From assembly GCA_966211905.1 (NCBI GenBank), contig CBIHOL010000011.1, positions 1,901-65,900 on the forward strand: a stretch of DNA of 64,000 nucleotides, read 5' to 3'. The position numbers and the translations under genes were made by a program. Positions 9,573 through 19,870 of the stretch are shown here, in pieces; within the stretch, counting starts at the first letter, position 1; every line of letters starts with the position of its first letter. The DNA comes from an uncultured bacterium (GTDB taxonomy: Bacteria > Bacteroidota > Bacteroidia > B-17B0 > Aurantibacillaceae). A model generated the notes under the pieces. The model was given only the letters and a program-made list of their open reading frames with translations. It made no database searches and was not told the DNA's origin.

Positions 9573-11816
9573 ATGAAAAAGCACCTACTCTCTTTTTGTT
9601 TCGTCTTTTTTTTCACGATCAGTTTTTTTGGGCAGGACTGGAAATGGGACACCCTCCTCACGTACAGAGCACAGGTAAGTTTGTGCAAAGATCCTTTTAA
9701 CAATGTGTATTGTTATTCTATCGGTGATTCCACATTCAGCAAGTGTTCGTCAACGGGACAGCTAATATGGAAAAAAGCTTTTCCGTATAATTTTCAGATG
9801 AGGAGCACTGTCTGCTCCCCTGACAGTTCGATTTACGTGACCGGCGTTTTTCAGAAAACGCTTTCGATTGGCAGCCTCTCATTGACCAGCAAAGGAGGCA
9901 ATGATATTTTTATTGCGCGCTTTACCAGCAGCGGTAGTTTGATGTGGCTGGAGAGCATTGGCAGTAAGGGAGAAGACGAGGTTGGCGATATTTGCATGAA
10001 CGGCACTGATATCGCTCTCACAGGATCTGTTTCTGATACAACGATCTTATCGGCACAGGTTTTTCCTCGTCCTAAAAAGGAGTCGCTGTTTGTTGCGAAG
10101 TATTATAAAAACGGGTTGCTTGATGATGTTCTGTTTGCTGATCCTGCAAATACGCCTGGAGCCAGCTACCTGGATTTTTCATCTGGATTGGAAATTGAAC
10201 GTGATGGCACGGGAGATTTTGTGCTCATCATGGGTTTACTGGGAGGGGTGCAATTAGATACTGCTCATTTGTATGGTGGCGGATATTCGTGGGAGTATGA
10301 GGGTTGCTTTGTTATTAAGCTTACTTCCGGTCTAAAGTTTAAGTGGATAGTTGGACCACAGTATAATCCCGACGCTTTTTATAGCCTGCATTTGAATTCC
10401 CAGGATGATATTTTTTTTATTCAACATGGCGCCTGGCATTATTATTCCCATTCTTCCATTCGAAAGTTAAGTCCAGCGGGGACAGGTTTCAATAATTCTT
10501 TTTTGAAACAATACCCGCATGTTGGATCTACGAGTACTTACGGTTATGCTGGCGGGAACTCTAACAGATGGAATGTGATCACTATTGATTCATGTGATAA
10601 TATTTATTTTACTGGTAATGCCACACGTTGGTTTTATTCCGGACAGCCAACTGACAAATACTTTTTTGAAACCGGTCAGATCTCCCCGCTCGGGCAACTT
10701 AACTGGCTTCAGCGTGACTCATCCTGGAAGGACAGAACTGGTACCGGGATCATCGACCTATCTCCAAATAATGTGGTGTTAGCAGGTTTCTTCTGCGACA
10801 CCCTGCTCCTGAAAAATAAACTGACTGGCACATATCCCACGCCGTATTACGGCTATACTGTTACTTTAGGAACATTCCTCGCTGGCCTGCAAACGACAGT
10901 GGGCATTCCCGGCAATGTCACACCTTCAGGAAACCAATTGATATGCCTGGGAAAAACAGCAACCTTAATTGCGCAATCCGCGGGGAGCATCGCATGGTTT
11001 CAGAATTCCAGTTCTGCGAACCCACTTGATTATGGCAGCACGTTTACTGCATCACCACTGTCGGCTGGCATTTACACGTGTTTTGCTGAAGCCTCCACAT
11101 GCACATCAACAACGGGACGCGCTCCGTTTACCTTTACAGTCATGCCCCTCCCTCAGCTGTCGGTTAACAGCGGAACGATCTGCGACAAGCAAAGCTTTAC
11201 AATCTCTCCCGCAGGAGCGGTTGCCTATACCTTTTCCGCAGGCGCTCCGGTTGTGACTCCGAGTGTGACAAATGCGTATACTATAACCGGAGTGGCAAAC
11301 AATAATTGCACTGCAACTGCTGTAAGTTATGTTACGGTTAATCCACTCCCTAATATAATTGTGTCCGCCGGTCAGAATTACAGTTGCGTTGGAGAAACTG
11401 TAACGCTCACCTGTAGTGGTGCGGCCAACTATACCTGGAATACAGGATCAAATTCGACTTATACAGTAATAAGTCCCATTGTTCCGGTTTCATTTACCGT
11501 GGAAGGCACAAGCGCAGAAGGTTGTTACAGCAAGGTAACGCATTTGCATAAAGTGGCTCCATGTCTTGGAGTTGGTGACAGGCAGCAGTCCGGCATTCAG
11601 ATCTTTCCTAATCCGGGCAACGGCGTTTTTACTTTAACTTCTGTAACCGCAGGGGAGTTGATGATTTACAATGCAAGCGGCCAGTTAGTAATGCGCCAAA
11701 ATATAAATGAGGGCGAAAATAAAATAAATATCAGCGCTTTGCCGGCAGGTGTTTACTACTGCAATTACCGTGATCATGGTGGTCTTGTGACCTCAAGAAG
11801 CTTAATCAGACAGTAA
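9573..11816 (+). CDS. T9SS-secreted protein with a beta-propeller-like N-terminal half and Ig-like repeats
   Basis: Signal peptide MKKHLLSFCFVFFFTISFFGQ. Repeated C.G..(A/V)TL.(A/C).(S/G)A..Y.W modules. C-terminal sorting domain IFPNPGNGVFTLTS...LPAGVYYCNY. Confidence 0.7.
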   Translation: MKKHLLSFCFVFFFTISFFGQDWKWDTLLTYRAQVSLCKDPFNNVYCYSIGDSTFSKCSSTGQLIWKKAFPYNFQMRSTVCSPDSSIYVTGVFQKTLSIGSLSLTSKGGNDIFIARFTSSGSLMWLESIGSKGEDEVGDICMNGTDIALTGSVSDTTILSAQVFPRPKKESLFVAKYYKNGLLDDVLFADPANTPGASYLDFSSGLEIERDGTGDFVLIMGLLGGVQLDTAHLYGGGYSWEYEGCFVIKLTSGLKFKWIVGPQYNPDAFYSLHLNSQDDIFFIQHGAWHYYSHSSIRKLSPAGTGFNNSFLKQYPHVGSTSTYGYAGGNSNRWNVITIDSCDNIYFTGNATRWFYSGQPTDKYFFETGQISPLGQLNWLQRDSSWKDRTGTGIIDLSPNNVVLAGFFCDTLLLKNKLTGTYPTPYYGYTVTLGTFLAGLQTTVGIPGNVTPSGNQLICLGKTATLIAQSAGSIAWFQNSSSANPLDYGSTFTASPLSAGIYTCFAEASTCTSTTGRAPFTFTVMPLPQLSVNSGTICDKQSFTISPAGAVAYTFSAGAPVVTPSVTNAYTITGVANNNCTATAVSYVTVNPLPNIIVSAGQNYSCVGETVTLTCSGAANYTWNTGSNSTYTVISPIVPVSFTVEGTSAEGCYSKVTHLHKVAPCLGVGDRQQSGIQIFPNPGNGVFTLTSVTAGELMIYNASGQLVMRQNINEGENKINISALPAGVYYCNYRDHGGLVTSRSLIRQ

Positions 11817-11971
11817 GGGCAATTTTTAAGGAGCTAACAGTGTTTACATCCGGGTGGTATCAGTGGCTACCATGCAGAACAAACGGCTCTGTACATGTGA
11901 CTGTGAAATAAGAAGAGCTCTGTTCGTCAGATGCTAAAAAACCTCTGAAACTCTCAATGCCAGACGTTTTA

Positions 11972-12003
11972 TTTGCTCTATTTGACTAAAAATCGTATTT
12001 TTG
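11972..12003 (+). promoter_or_regulatory. Candidate Bacteroidota promoter for the metH leader
   Basis: TTTG (11972-11975), a 20-nt spacer, then TATTTTTG (11996-12003, matches TAnnTTTG). It ends about 20 nt upstream of the riboswitch P1 stem. Confidence 0.4.
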
Positions 12004-12023
12004 CATCGCGTTCTTTAAAAAAC

Positions 12024-12206
12024 ACTTATTAAGAAAAGCAGAGGGATACGCCCTATGAAGCTTTACCAACCCTGACAGGAATTAAGGATTAAAAAGATTA
12101 AAAATTAGAAATGAAGAACACGAGGTCATTTTTAATTTTCATTCTCAATTTTTCATTTCAGAAAGAAGGTGGGAATTCGTCCTGTAATTTGACAGGAAAA
12201 ATAAGT
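12024..12206 (+). promoter_or_regulatory. SAM-I (S-box) riboswitch aptamer
   Basis: P1 is ACTTATT (12024-12030) paired with AATAAGT (12200-12206). The core AAGAAAAGCAGAGGGATACGCCCTATGAAGCTTTACCAACC matches the consensus AAGAGnGGnGGAGGGAnnGGCCCnnUGAAnCCnnGCAACC. The 3' core GAAGGTGGGAATTCG matches AAGGUGCCAAUUCC. P4 is CCTGT-AATTTG-ACAGG. P3 carries an insertion of about 95 nt. Confidence 0.75.
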
Positions 12207-12249
12207 CGGAACAATTAGTAACAGATTTTACAAATAACAATATCGAACT

Positions 12250-12287
12250 AATCCCTTCCGGCAGATACGGAAGGGATTTTTTATTTT
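12250..12287 (+). terminator. Riboswitch expression-platform terminator
   Basis: AATCCCTTCCG (12250-12260) pairs perfectly over 11 bp with CGGAAGGGATT (12268-12278). TTTTTATTTT follows and runs directly into the metH ATG at 12288. Confidence 0.75.
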
Positions 12288-15200
12288 ATGGATACAATAC
12301 ACAAAGAGCTCGAAAAACGTGTTCTCGTCATCGACGGGGCAATGGGTACTATGATCCAGCAATACAAGCTGGAAGAAAAAGATTACAGGGGCAAGCGTTT
12401 TGCCGACTGGCATAAGGACCTGAAAGGAAACAACGACCTGCTTTCTATCACCCAGCCACAGATCATTAAAGCCATTCACAGGGAGTATCTCCTTGCAGGT
12501 GCCGATATCCTCGAAACAAATACTTTCAGCGGTACCAGTGTTGCCATGGCCGACTATGAAATGGAAGAATTTGTCTACGAACTTAATTACGAATCAGCAA
12601 AAATTGCCAAGGAATCGGTTGAAGAATTTAAAAAGGAATTTCCTGGACTGGCGCATATTCCAAAGTTCGTGGCCGGATCGATGGGGCCTACAACCAAACT
12701 TTCTTCCATGTCGCCAAATGTTAATGATCCGGGTTTCCGTGCAGTAACTTTTGATGAGCTGGTAATAGCATTCACAGAGCAGATCAGGGGCCTGATTGAT
12801 GGCGGTGTTGACCTACTGCTGATTGAAACAATTACTGACACCCTGAATGCAAAAGCCGCATTATTTGCCATCCAGGAACATTGCAAAAAAATTAACCGCA
12901 GGATGCCCGTGATGGTATCAGGTACAATAACGGACGCGAGCGGACGCACACTTTCAGGACAAACAACAGAAGCCTTTTTAAATTCCGTTTCACATGTCGA
13001 CCTGTTAAGCATTGGTCTGAACTGCGCCATGGGTGCAAAGGATCTTCGTCCTTACCTGGAAGAGTTATCTGATAAAGCGCCGTTTTATGTGAGTGCCTAT
13101 CCAAATGCCGGTTTACCAAACCAGTTTGGCGAGTACGACCAGGATGCGCATGAAATGGGCCACCAGATCGAGGAGTTTCTGAAAGCTGGTTTCATCAATA
13201 TTGTGGGAGGATGCTGCGGCACCACCCCGGCACATATTAAAAGGATTGCTGAACTGGCAAAACAATCAACTCCACGTAAAAAACCGAAACGTGATACTTT
13301 AATGCACCTGAGCGGACTGGAACCTTTGACGCTCCGTCCGGAAAGTAATTTTTTAAACGTCGGGGAGCGCACCAACGTGACAGGCTCCAAGAAATTTCTT
13401 CGTCTTATAAAGGACGGGAATTTTGAAGAAGCCTTATCAGTGGCAAAAGAGCAGGTAGAAGGCGGAGCACAGGTGATAGATATTAACATGGACGAAGGAA
13501 TGCTTGACAGCGAAGCGGCCATGACCAATTTTTTGAACCTTATAGCGGCAGAACCTGATATTTCGCGCGTGCCTATTATGATTGACTCTTCGAAGTGGAG
13601 CGTTATAGAAGCGGGACTGAAGTGTGTGCAGGGAAAAGCCATTGTAAATTCTATTTCTTTAAAAGAAGGCGAAGCGGCATTTATTGAGCATGCAGAAAAA
13701 GTAAAAGAATACGGGGCAGCGGTGATTGTAATGGCCTTTGATGAAGACGGTCAGGCCGACACCTATGAGCGCAGGATCCAGATCTGTAAACGCGCATATG
13801 ACATTCTTGTAAGCAAGGTACATTTTCCGGCAACGGATATCATTTTTGATCCTAATATTTTTCCTGTAGCTACAGGAATGGAAGAGCACCGGTTAAATGC
13901 CCTCGATTTTTTTAATGCCACCAAATGGATCAAGGAAAATCTGCCGTTTGCAAAAGTAAGCGGAGGAGTAAGCAACGTTTCGTTCTCGTTCAGAGGAAAT
14001 GATCACGTGCGCGAGGCTATCCATTCGGCTTTTCTATATCATGCCATCCGTCATGGAATGGATATGGGCATTGTAAATCCTTCTCAGCTGGTGGTGTATG
14101 ACGAGATCGACAAACAGCTGCTCGAATTAGTGGAGGATGTGTTGTTGAATCGCCGCGATGATGCCACTGAACGACTGGTTAATCATGCCGAGACATTAAA
14201 AGGGGTGTCGAAGGAGAAAACTGAAAAAGACGAGGCATGGAGAAAATCGCCTGTGGAAGAACGATTAAGTCATGCGCTTGTAAAGGGGATTGTAGATTAT
14301 ATTGATGCAGACACCGAAGAGGCACGTCAGAAGCTCGGTCGACCGCTGAACGTGATCGAAGGTCCGTTAATGGCAGGAATGAATGTTGTGGGAGACCTGT
14401 TCGGAAGCGGAAAGATGTTTTTGCCACAGGTAGTGAAAAGTGCGCGTGTGATGAAAAAAGCTGTCGCGTACCTGGAGCCGTACCTGCAGGCTGAAAAAGA
14501 AGCAAACAGGAAAGCCGGTATTGTTGGCGATGGCAGAAAAAATGCAGGGAAGGTGCTCTTAGCTACAGTGAAAGGTGACGTTCATGATATCGGAAAAAAT
14601 ATTGTGGGGGTTGTTCTTGCATGCAATAATTTCGAGATCATCGATCTTGGAGTGATGGTGTCGAGCGACAGAATCCTGGACGAAGCTAAAAAACAAAATG
14701 TGGATGTGATCGGATTGAGCGGGTTGATCACACCTTCACTCGACGAGATGGTGCACGTTGCAAAGGAAATGGAAAGGCTCAAATTTAAGCTGCCGTTACT
14801 GATCGGAGGAGCAACCACATCAAAAGTACATACAGCAGTAAAAATTGCGCAGAATTATTCTGGTCCTGTAGTGCATGTGAACGACGCAAGCAAGTCGGTG
14901 CCTGCTACAAGCAGTCTTATTTCAGATGAACTCCGTCCTGCATACATGGAAGAGATCAAAAAAGATTATGCCCGTGTGAGAGAGCAGAATAAAAATGCTC
15001 AGTCACAGAATAAATTCATCAGCATGGAGGAAGCCAGGAAAAATAAATTCCCGGTCGACTGGAGCAAGGCTTCCTTTACGAGACCAACCTTCACGGGTAA
15101 TAAAGTGTTTACCGCTTACGACCTGCAGGAGATCTCTGAATACATTGACTGGACACCGTTTTTTCATAGCTGGGAAATGAAGGGTATGTACCCGAGGATC

Positions 15201-16010
15201 CTGAATGATCCGGAGCGCGGCGCTGAAGCGACCAAACTTTTTAACGACGCGCAGGTTATGTTGAAAAAGATCATTTCAGAAAAATGGCTGCAGGCAAATG
15301 CTGTTATTGGAATTTATCCTGCGGCTTCAGTTAATCATGATGACATTGAGGTGATACATGAAAACGGTAAGACTACACGCCATGTTTTTCATACCATAAG
15401 GCAGCAAACCAAAAAGCCAGCTGGTCAATATAATGTAGCGCTTGCTGATTTTATAAAACCTAAAAACAATAATGGTTCGGGTATTCCTGAAGAGAAAACA
15501 GATTATATCGGTGCGTTTGCTGTAACTACCGGTATTGGAATTGATGAACATGTAAAAAGGTTTGAAAAGGACCACGACGACTATAGCGCGATCATGCTGA
15601 AGGCTCTTGCGGACCGGCTTGCTGAAGCCTTTGCAGAGCTTATGCATAAAAAAGTGCGCAGGGAGTTCTGGGCATATGCAAAACACGAAGACTTTACCAA
15701 CGATCAGCTGATAAAGGAGGAATATGCAGGCATCAGGCCCGCGCCCGGGTATCCGGCGCAACCCGATCATACTGAGAAGCTCACTATCTGGAAGTTGCTT
15801 GATGCGGAAAAGAACGCCGGCATCATTCTTACGGATAGTCTTGCCATGGTTCCGACTGCAGCTGTGAGTGGATTGTATATCTCCCATCCTGATTCACATT
15901 ATTTTGGAGTGGGAAAGATAACCAGGGAGCAGGTAGAGGATTATGCCAGGCGTAAGAACATGAGCCTTGAAGAGGCCGAACGTTGGCTGGGCCCTGCGCT
16001 GGGTTATTAA
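12288..16010 (+). CDS. metH: Cobalamin-dependent methionine synthase
   Basis: 1240 aa with the full four-module layout: homocysteine-binding, pterin-binding, B12-binding with the DxHxxG motif ([11 protein letters not shown]), and the C-terminal reactivation domain. Confidence 0.95.
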   Translation: MDTIHKELEKRVLVIDGAMGTMIQQYKLEEKDYRGKRFADWHKDLKGNNDLLSITQPQIIKAIHREYLLAGADILETNTFSGTSVAMADYEMEEFVYELNYESAKIAKESVEEFKKEFPGLAHIPKFVAGSMGPTTKLSSMSPNVNDPGFRAVTFDELVIAFTEQIRGLIDGGVDLLLIETITDTLNAKAALFAIQEHCKKINRRMPVMVSGTITDASGRTLSGQTTEAFLNSVSHVDLLSIGLNCAMGAKDLRPYLEELSDKAPFYVSAYPNAGLPNQFGEYDQDAHEMGHQIEEFLKAGFINIVGGCCGTTPAHIKRIAELAKQSTPRKKPKRDTLMHLSGLEPLTLRPESNFLNVGERTNVTGSKKFLRLIKDGNFEEALSVAKEQVEGGAQVIDINMDEGMLDSEAAMTNFLNLIAAEPDISRVPIMIDSSKWSVIEAGLKCVQGKAIVNSISLKEGEAAFIEHAEKVKEYGAAVIVMAFDEDGQADTYERRIQICKRAYDILVSKVHFPATDIIFDPNIFPVATGMEEHRLNALDFFNATKWIKENLPFAKVSGGVSNVSFSFRGNDHVREAIHSAFLYHAIRHGMDMGIVNPSQLVVYDEIDKQLLELVEDVLLNRRDDATERLVNHAETLKGVSKEKTEKDEAWRKSPVEERLSHALVKGIVDYIDADTEEARQKLGRPLNVIEGPLMAGMNVVGDLFGSGKMFLPQVVKSARVMKKAVAYLEPYLQAEKEANRKAGIVGDGRKNAGKVLLATVKGDVHDIGKNIVGVVLACNNFEIIDLGVMVSSDRILDEAKKQNVDVIGLSGLITPSLDEMVHVAKEMERLKFKLPLLIGGATTSKVHTAVKIAQNYSGPVVHVNDASKSVPATSSLISDELRPAYMEEIKKDYARVREQNKNAQSQNKFISMEEARKNKFPVDWSKASFTRPTFTGNKVFTAYDLQEISEYIDWTPFFHSWEMKGMYPRILNDPERGAEATKLFNDAQVMLKKIISEKWLQANAVIGIYPAASVNHDDIEVIHENGKTTRHVFHTIRQQTKKPAGQYNVALADFIKPKNNNGSGIPEEKTDYIGAFAVTTGIGIDEHVKRFEKDHDDYSAIMLKALADRLAEAFAELMHKKVRREFWAYAKHEDFTNDQLIKEEYAGIRPAPGYPAQPDHTEKLTIWKLLDAEKNAGIILTDSLAMVPTAAVSGLYISHPDSHYFGVGKITREQVEDYARRKNMSLEEAERWLGPALGY

Positions 16011-16084
16011 TCACCGTTTGAGGCATCCTTAGCAACGAGCTTTTTTATTCTTCAGTAATGTAGCTAAACCTGCGTTTCTTCAAT

Positions 16085-16092
16085 TATCTTTG
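16085..16092 (+). promoter_or_regulatory. Candidate -7 box (TATCTTTG) upstream of purH
   Basis: Matches TAnnTTTG, 17 nt upstream of the ATG at 16110. No clear -33 TTTG. Confidence 0.3.
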
Positions 16093-16109
16093 CTTTTTAT
16101 TTTCAAAAA

Positions 16110-17636
16110 ATGAGCAATAGCAAAAAGATAAAGAGTGCGCTGGTTTCGGTTTATTACAAGGATAACCTGGAACCTATTATTAAGAAACTTCATGCTCTCG
16201 GCGTGAAATTATATAGTACCGGCGGCACTCTTTCCTTCATTGAGGGGCTCAATATTCCTGTTACTGCTGTAGATTCTGTAACCACGTATCCTGAGATCTT
16301 TGGAGGAAGGGTTAAAACCCTGCACCCTGCTATCTTCGGAGGTATTCTTAACCGTCGTGATAACGAAAGTGATGTGGCGGAAAAAGAAAAACATAATATT
16401 CCCGACATCGACCTGGTGATCGTAGATCTTTATCCTTTTGAAGAAACTGTTGCAAAAAAAGCTTCCGAACAGGATACAATAGAAAAGATCGATATAGGCG
16501 GAATCTCGCTGATCCGCGCAGCAGCTAAAAATTATAACGATGTAGTTATCGTTTCGTCCCGCAATGATTATGCTGACCTTTTAAAATTGCTGGAAAGTAA
16601 GAACGGAAGTTCTGAGCTGTCAGACAGGAAACGCTTTGCAGCTAAAGCATTCGCTACTTCCTCGCATTACGACACAGCGATCTTTAATTATTTTAATGCC
16701 ACAGAGCAGATCCCTCAGTTCAAACAAAGCATAACACAAGCTCAGCCTTTACGTTACGGAGAGAATCCGCATCAGAAAGGATTTTTTTATGGTGATCTCG
16801 ACAAAATGTTTACCAAGCTGGCAGGCAAGGAGCTTTCGTACAATAACCTGCTTGATGTTGACGCTGCTGTAGCCCTGATCTCCGATTTCGAAGAGCCGAC
16901 CTTTGCCATTTTAAAACACAATAATGCCTGCGGAGTGGCTTCGCGCAAGACCATTTTCCAGGCCTATGCCGATGCGTTGGCCTGTGATCCCGTATCGGCT
17001 TTCGGAGGAATCCTGATCGCCAATAAAAAGATCGATGCGGAAACGGCAGTTGAGATCAATAAATTATTCTGCGAGGTGGTTATTGCACCCGAATACGCAG
17101 ACGAGGCGGTTGCGACGTTAAAACAAAAGCCAAATCGTATCATTCTTGTTCAGAACAAAGTGGAATTATCGAAGACCTCTTTCAGGACACTTCTTAATGG
17201 TGTGATCGAACAGGATAAAGATCTTAAAACTGAAACGAGCTCCGATCTGAAAGCGGTGACAAAAGTATCACCATCTGATAGTGAGATAAAGGATCTTCTT
17301 TTTGCGAATAAACTTGTGAAGCACACCAAATCCAATACTATTGTGCTTGCACGTAATGGTCAGTTAATAGCAAGCGGCACTGGTCAGACTTCACGTGTTG
17401 ACGCATTACGTCAGGCTATTGAGAAAGCAAATAATTTTGGTTTTGATCTAAAAGGCGCTGTAATGGCCAGTGATGCATTTTTTCCTTTTCCCGATTGTGT
17501 TGAGATTGCCGATAAAGCAGGCATCAAAGCAGTTGTCCAGCCGGGAGGTTCAATTAAGGATAAAGAAAGCATTGCCTATTGCGATGCTCACGGGATGAGC
17601 ATGGTAATGACCGGCACAAGACATTTTAAGCACTAA
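16110..17636 (+). CDS. purH: Bifunctional AICAR transformylase / IMP cyclohydrolase
   Basis: 508 aa. N-terminal MGS-like domain (ALVSVYYKDNL...GGRVKTLHP) plus an AICARFT domain (KHTKSNTIV...GQTSRVDA...VQPGGSIKD). Confidence 0.95.
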   Translation: MSNSKKIKSALVSVYYKDNLEPIIKKLHALGVKLYSTGGTLSFIEGLNIPVTAVDSVTTYPEIFGGRVKTLHPAIFGGILNRRDNESDVAEKEKHNIPDIDLVIVDLYPFEETVAKKASEQDTIEKIDIGGISLIRAAAKNYNDVVIVSSRNDYADLLKLLESKNGSSELSDRKRFAAKAFATSSHYDTAIFNYFNATEQIPQFKQSITQAQPLRYGENPHQKGFFYGDLDKMFTKLAGKELSYNNLLDVDAAVALISDFEEPTFAILKHNNACGVASRKTIFQAYADALACDPVSAFGGILIANKKIDAETAVEINKLFCEVVIAPEYADEAVATLKQKPNRIILVQNKVELSKTSFRTLLNGVIEQDKDLKTETSSDLKAVTKVSPSDSEIKDLLFANKLVKHTKSNTIVLARNGQLIASGTGQTSRVDALRQAIEKANNFGFDLKGAVMASDAFFPFPDCVEIADKAGIKAVVQPGGSIKDKESIAYCDAHGMSMVMTGTRHFKH

Positions 17637-17642
17637 AAGAAA

Positions 17643-19592
17643 TTAGATCACTCTTTTCAGGTTCAGCTCTTTCGGAGGACTGATCACCATTGGAAATTTC
17701 TCAACTTTCACAGAGCTGCTGTCGAGACCGAACGCCCGGGCCTCACTCATACTGAAACGTTTCAGGATGAAATAAATATTCAGGATAAATTTCTCAAACA
17801 AAGGAAGATCGTTCTCGTATGAAAGGAACTTTTCGAGCACCACAAATTTAAAGTCACCGATCACATTATTCTTATTCAAAGATTCGTAGCGGCTGGTAAT
17901 ATCCACTTCCTTGTTCTGAACAAGATCTGAAACCACCTTGCGGAACATGAGATTGATACGTGGAGCCACACGGAATCCCAGCCTGAAGTCGATCCTGATG
18001 ATATCTTCTTCGGCGATCTTGGTCACCTTATATTCCATACGATAAGGTTCATCGAGCACATCCACATGCACAAACCAGTAGATGTCCGCTTTTTTTGGTC
18101 TTTTCTGCAGGATGGAATAAATGACCTTTGATTCTATCTCCAGGGGATTGTTCGCACTTGTCATATATACCAGGTGAGTGGCATATTTCTGAATAGAAGG
18201 GTCCTGGCTAAGATCGACCAGCATCGGTTTGTAGTTATCGAGCGGCACAAGGTCCACATAACGGCGGCGGATCAGTTTGGCCATATACCAGCAGGCCATG
18301 ATGCCTGCAAGGATCACCGCGATAATGAGCGTAACATAACCTCCATGTGCAAATTTGTCAAGAAGCGCAAGCAAAAAGGTTCCTTCTATAATGATGTAAG
18401 TGATGGCGAATACATTGATAAATAAAAGAGGATACTTTTTAATGCGCATAAAAAATGTGAGAAGTCTTGACGACATGATCATGCCCAGGATGATTGTTAA
18501 CCCGTAAGCCGCCTCCATTTTGGATGATTCTTTAAAAAACAGGACGATAAAAATACAACCTGCCCAAAGTAGCCAGTTGATAGAAGTAATATACATCTGA
18601 CCTTTCAGTTCGGTCGGATATTTGATCTTTACTTTCGGCCAGAAATTAAGACGGGTAGCCTCGTTGATAAGAGTAAAGGAGCCGCTGATGAGGGCCTGGG
18701 ACGCTACTACCGTGGCAACTGTGGCGATCCCGATACCGATAGGCAGGAACCAGTGTGGCATAATTGCATAAAATGGATTTACCCCATTCAGCTTTGTTCC
18801 ATGATTCGCCGTGAGCCAGGCGGTCTGTCCCATGTAGTTAAGAACAAGCATCAGCTTTACAAAAGCCCAGCTCATCCGGATATTCTTGCGCCCGCAGTGG
18901 CCCATGTCGGAGTACAGCGCTTCTGCCCCCGTAGTACAAAGAAATACTGCACCCAGTAACCAGAATCCACCAGGGTGATCAACCAGCAGCATGATGCCGT
19001 AATAGGGATTGAGGGCTTTAAGCACAGTAAAATCGTGCGATAATCCGATTATGCCCATGATACCAAGGGTGCCGAACCACACTAACATGACGGGCCCAAA
19101 GAACCTGCCGATGAATTTGGTACCGAACTGCTGAATGAAGAACAGAAGCGTGATGATCGTAATTACAATGGGTATCGTTGGAAGGTGGCTAAACCTCGGG
19201 ATCAGCTGCAAACCTTCAATAGCGGCGGTAACAGAGATGGGTGGCGTTATGATGCCTTCTCCCAGGATGCAGCATCCTCCTATAATAGCAGGAAAGATGA
19301 GCCACTTGCGCTTTGCTTTTTTAATGAGTGCATAAAGCGAAAAAATTCCACCTTCCCCCTTGTTATCGGCGCGAAGAGTAAAAACAACGTATTTAATAGT
19401 GGTCTGAAATGTAAGGGTCCAGAAAACCAGGGACATGGCACCTACGATCACGTCCGCATTGATAGGGTTATCACCTACCACCGCCTTCATCACATAGAGA
19501 GGTGAAGTCCCTATATCCCCATAAATAATTCCTAGAGTAACAATGAGGCCTCCAATTGTTAGTTTGCCCTGGCCGCTATGATTTTGTCCCAT
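17643..19592 (-). CDS. kup: KUP/HAK/KT-family potassium transporter
   Basis: 649 aa. Begins LTIGGLIVTLGIIYGDIGTSPLYVMK, has about 12 hydrophobic segments, and ends in a cytoplasmic C-terminal domain. Confidence 0.9.
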   Translation of the reverse strand: MGQNHSGQGKLTIGGLIVTLGIIYGDIGTSPLYVMKAVVGDNPINADVIVGAMSLVFWTLTFQTTIKYVVFTLRADNKGEGGIFSLYALIKKAKRKWLIFPAIIGGCCILGEGIITPPISVTAAIEGLQLIPRFSHLPTIPIVITIITLLFFIQQFGTKFIGRFFGPVMLVWFGTLGIMGIIGLSHDFTVLKALNPYYGIMLLVDHPGGFWLLGAVFLCTTGAEALYSDMGHCGRKNIRMSWAFVKLMLVLNYMGQTAWLTANHGTKLNGVNPFYAIMPHWFLPIGIGIATVATVVASQALISGSFTLINEATRLNFWPKVKIKYPTELKGQMYITSINWLLWAGCIFIVLFFKESSKMEAAYGLTIILGMIMSSRLLTFFMRIKKYPLLFINVFAITYIIIEGTFLLALLDKFAHGGYVTLIIAVILAGIMACWYMAKLIRRRYVDLVPLDNYKPMLVDLSQDPSIQKYATHLVYMTSANNPLEIESKVIYSILQKRPKKADIYWFVHVDVLDEPYRMEYKVTKIAEEDIIRIDFRLGFRVAPRINLMFRKVVSDLVQNKEVDITSRYESLNKNNVIGDFKFVVLEKFLSYENDLPLFEKFILNIYFILKRFSMSEARAFGLDSSSVKVEKFPMVISPPKELNLKRVI

Positions 19593-19870
19593 TTGGGGTT
19601 TTAATTAAACGAGGCCAAAATTAGTATAAAAATGCGTGGAGGCTAACAGAATCGGTAAATATGGTGATGTTTAACAAAATGGCTGCCGGCGTGGGGTTTG
19701 GGACATCATCCGTTAAAATAGATAAAAACAAAACCACCGCCGTTTTTTTTTAATAAATTTAATTGTTCAAAAGGTTCACTTATGCAATTATTATCTGGCT
19801 TAAGCGTTGAAGAGTTCAGCGCCAGAGAAATCTCCCAGCGGGCCTTTTTATATATACTATCCTGACTAAT

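Noticed and set aside
12587-15887. Long antisense ORFs inside metH (12587-13030, 13097-13642 and 15327-15887 on the minus strand, 147-186 aa)
   Set aside because: They lie entirely antisense to a highly conserved gene. Their low-complexity S/P/A/R-rich translations carry no recognisable motif and have no promoter or start context. This is typical of shadow ORFs.
19686-19751. T9 run preceded by partial complementarity (CGGCGTGG ... CCACCGCCG), considered as a terminator of an intergenic sRNA
   Set aside because: The stem is interrupted (5 plus 3 bp with a bulge) and encloses a loop of more than 35 nt. No upstream promoter box or plus-strand gene feeds into it.
19593-19870. Possible c-di-AMP (ydaO-type) riboswitch in the kup leader
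   Set aside because: Potassium transporters are a known target class, and the region contains GGCTAACAGAATCGG-like fragments. However, the fragments are on the wrong strand for kup and in the wrong order relative to the ydaO consensus. I could build no pseudo-symmetric fold. A cmsearch with RF00379 would settle it.
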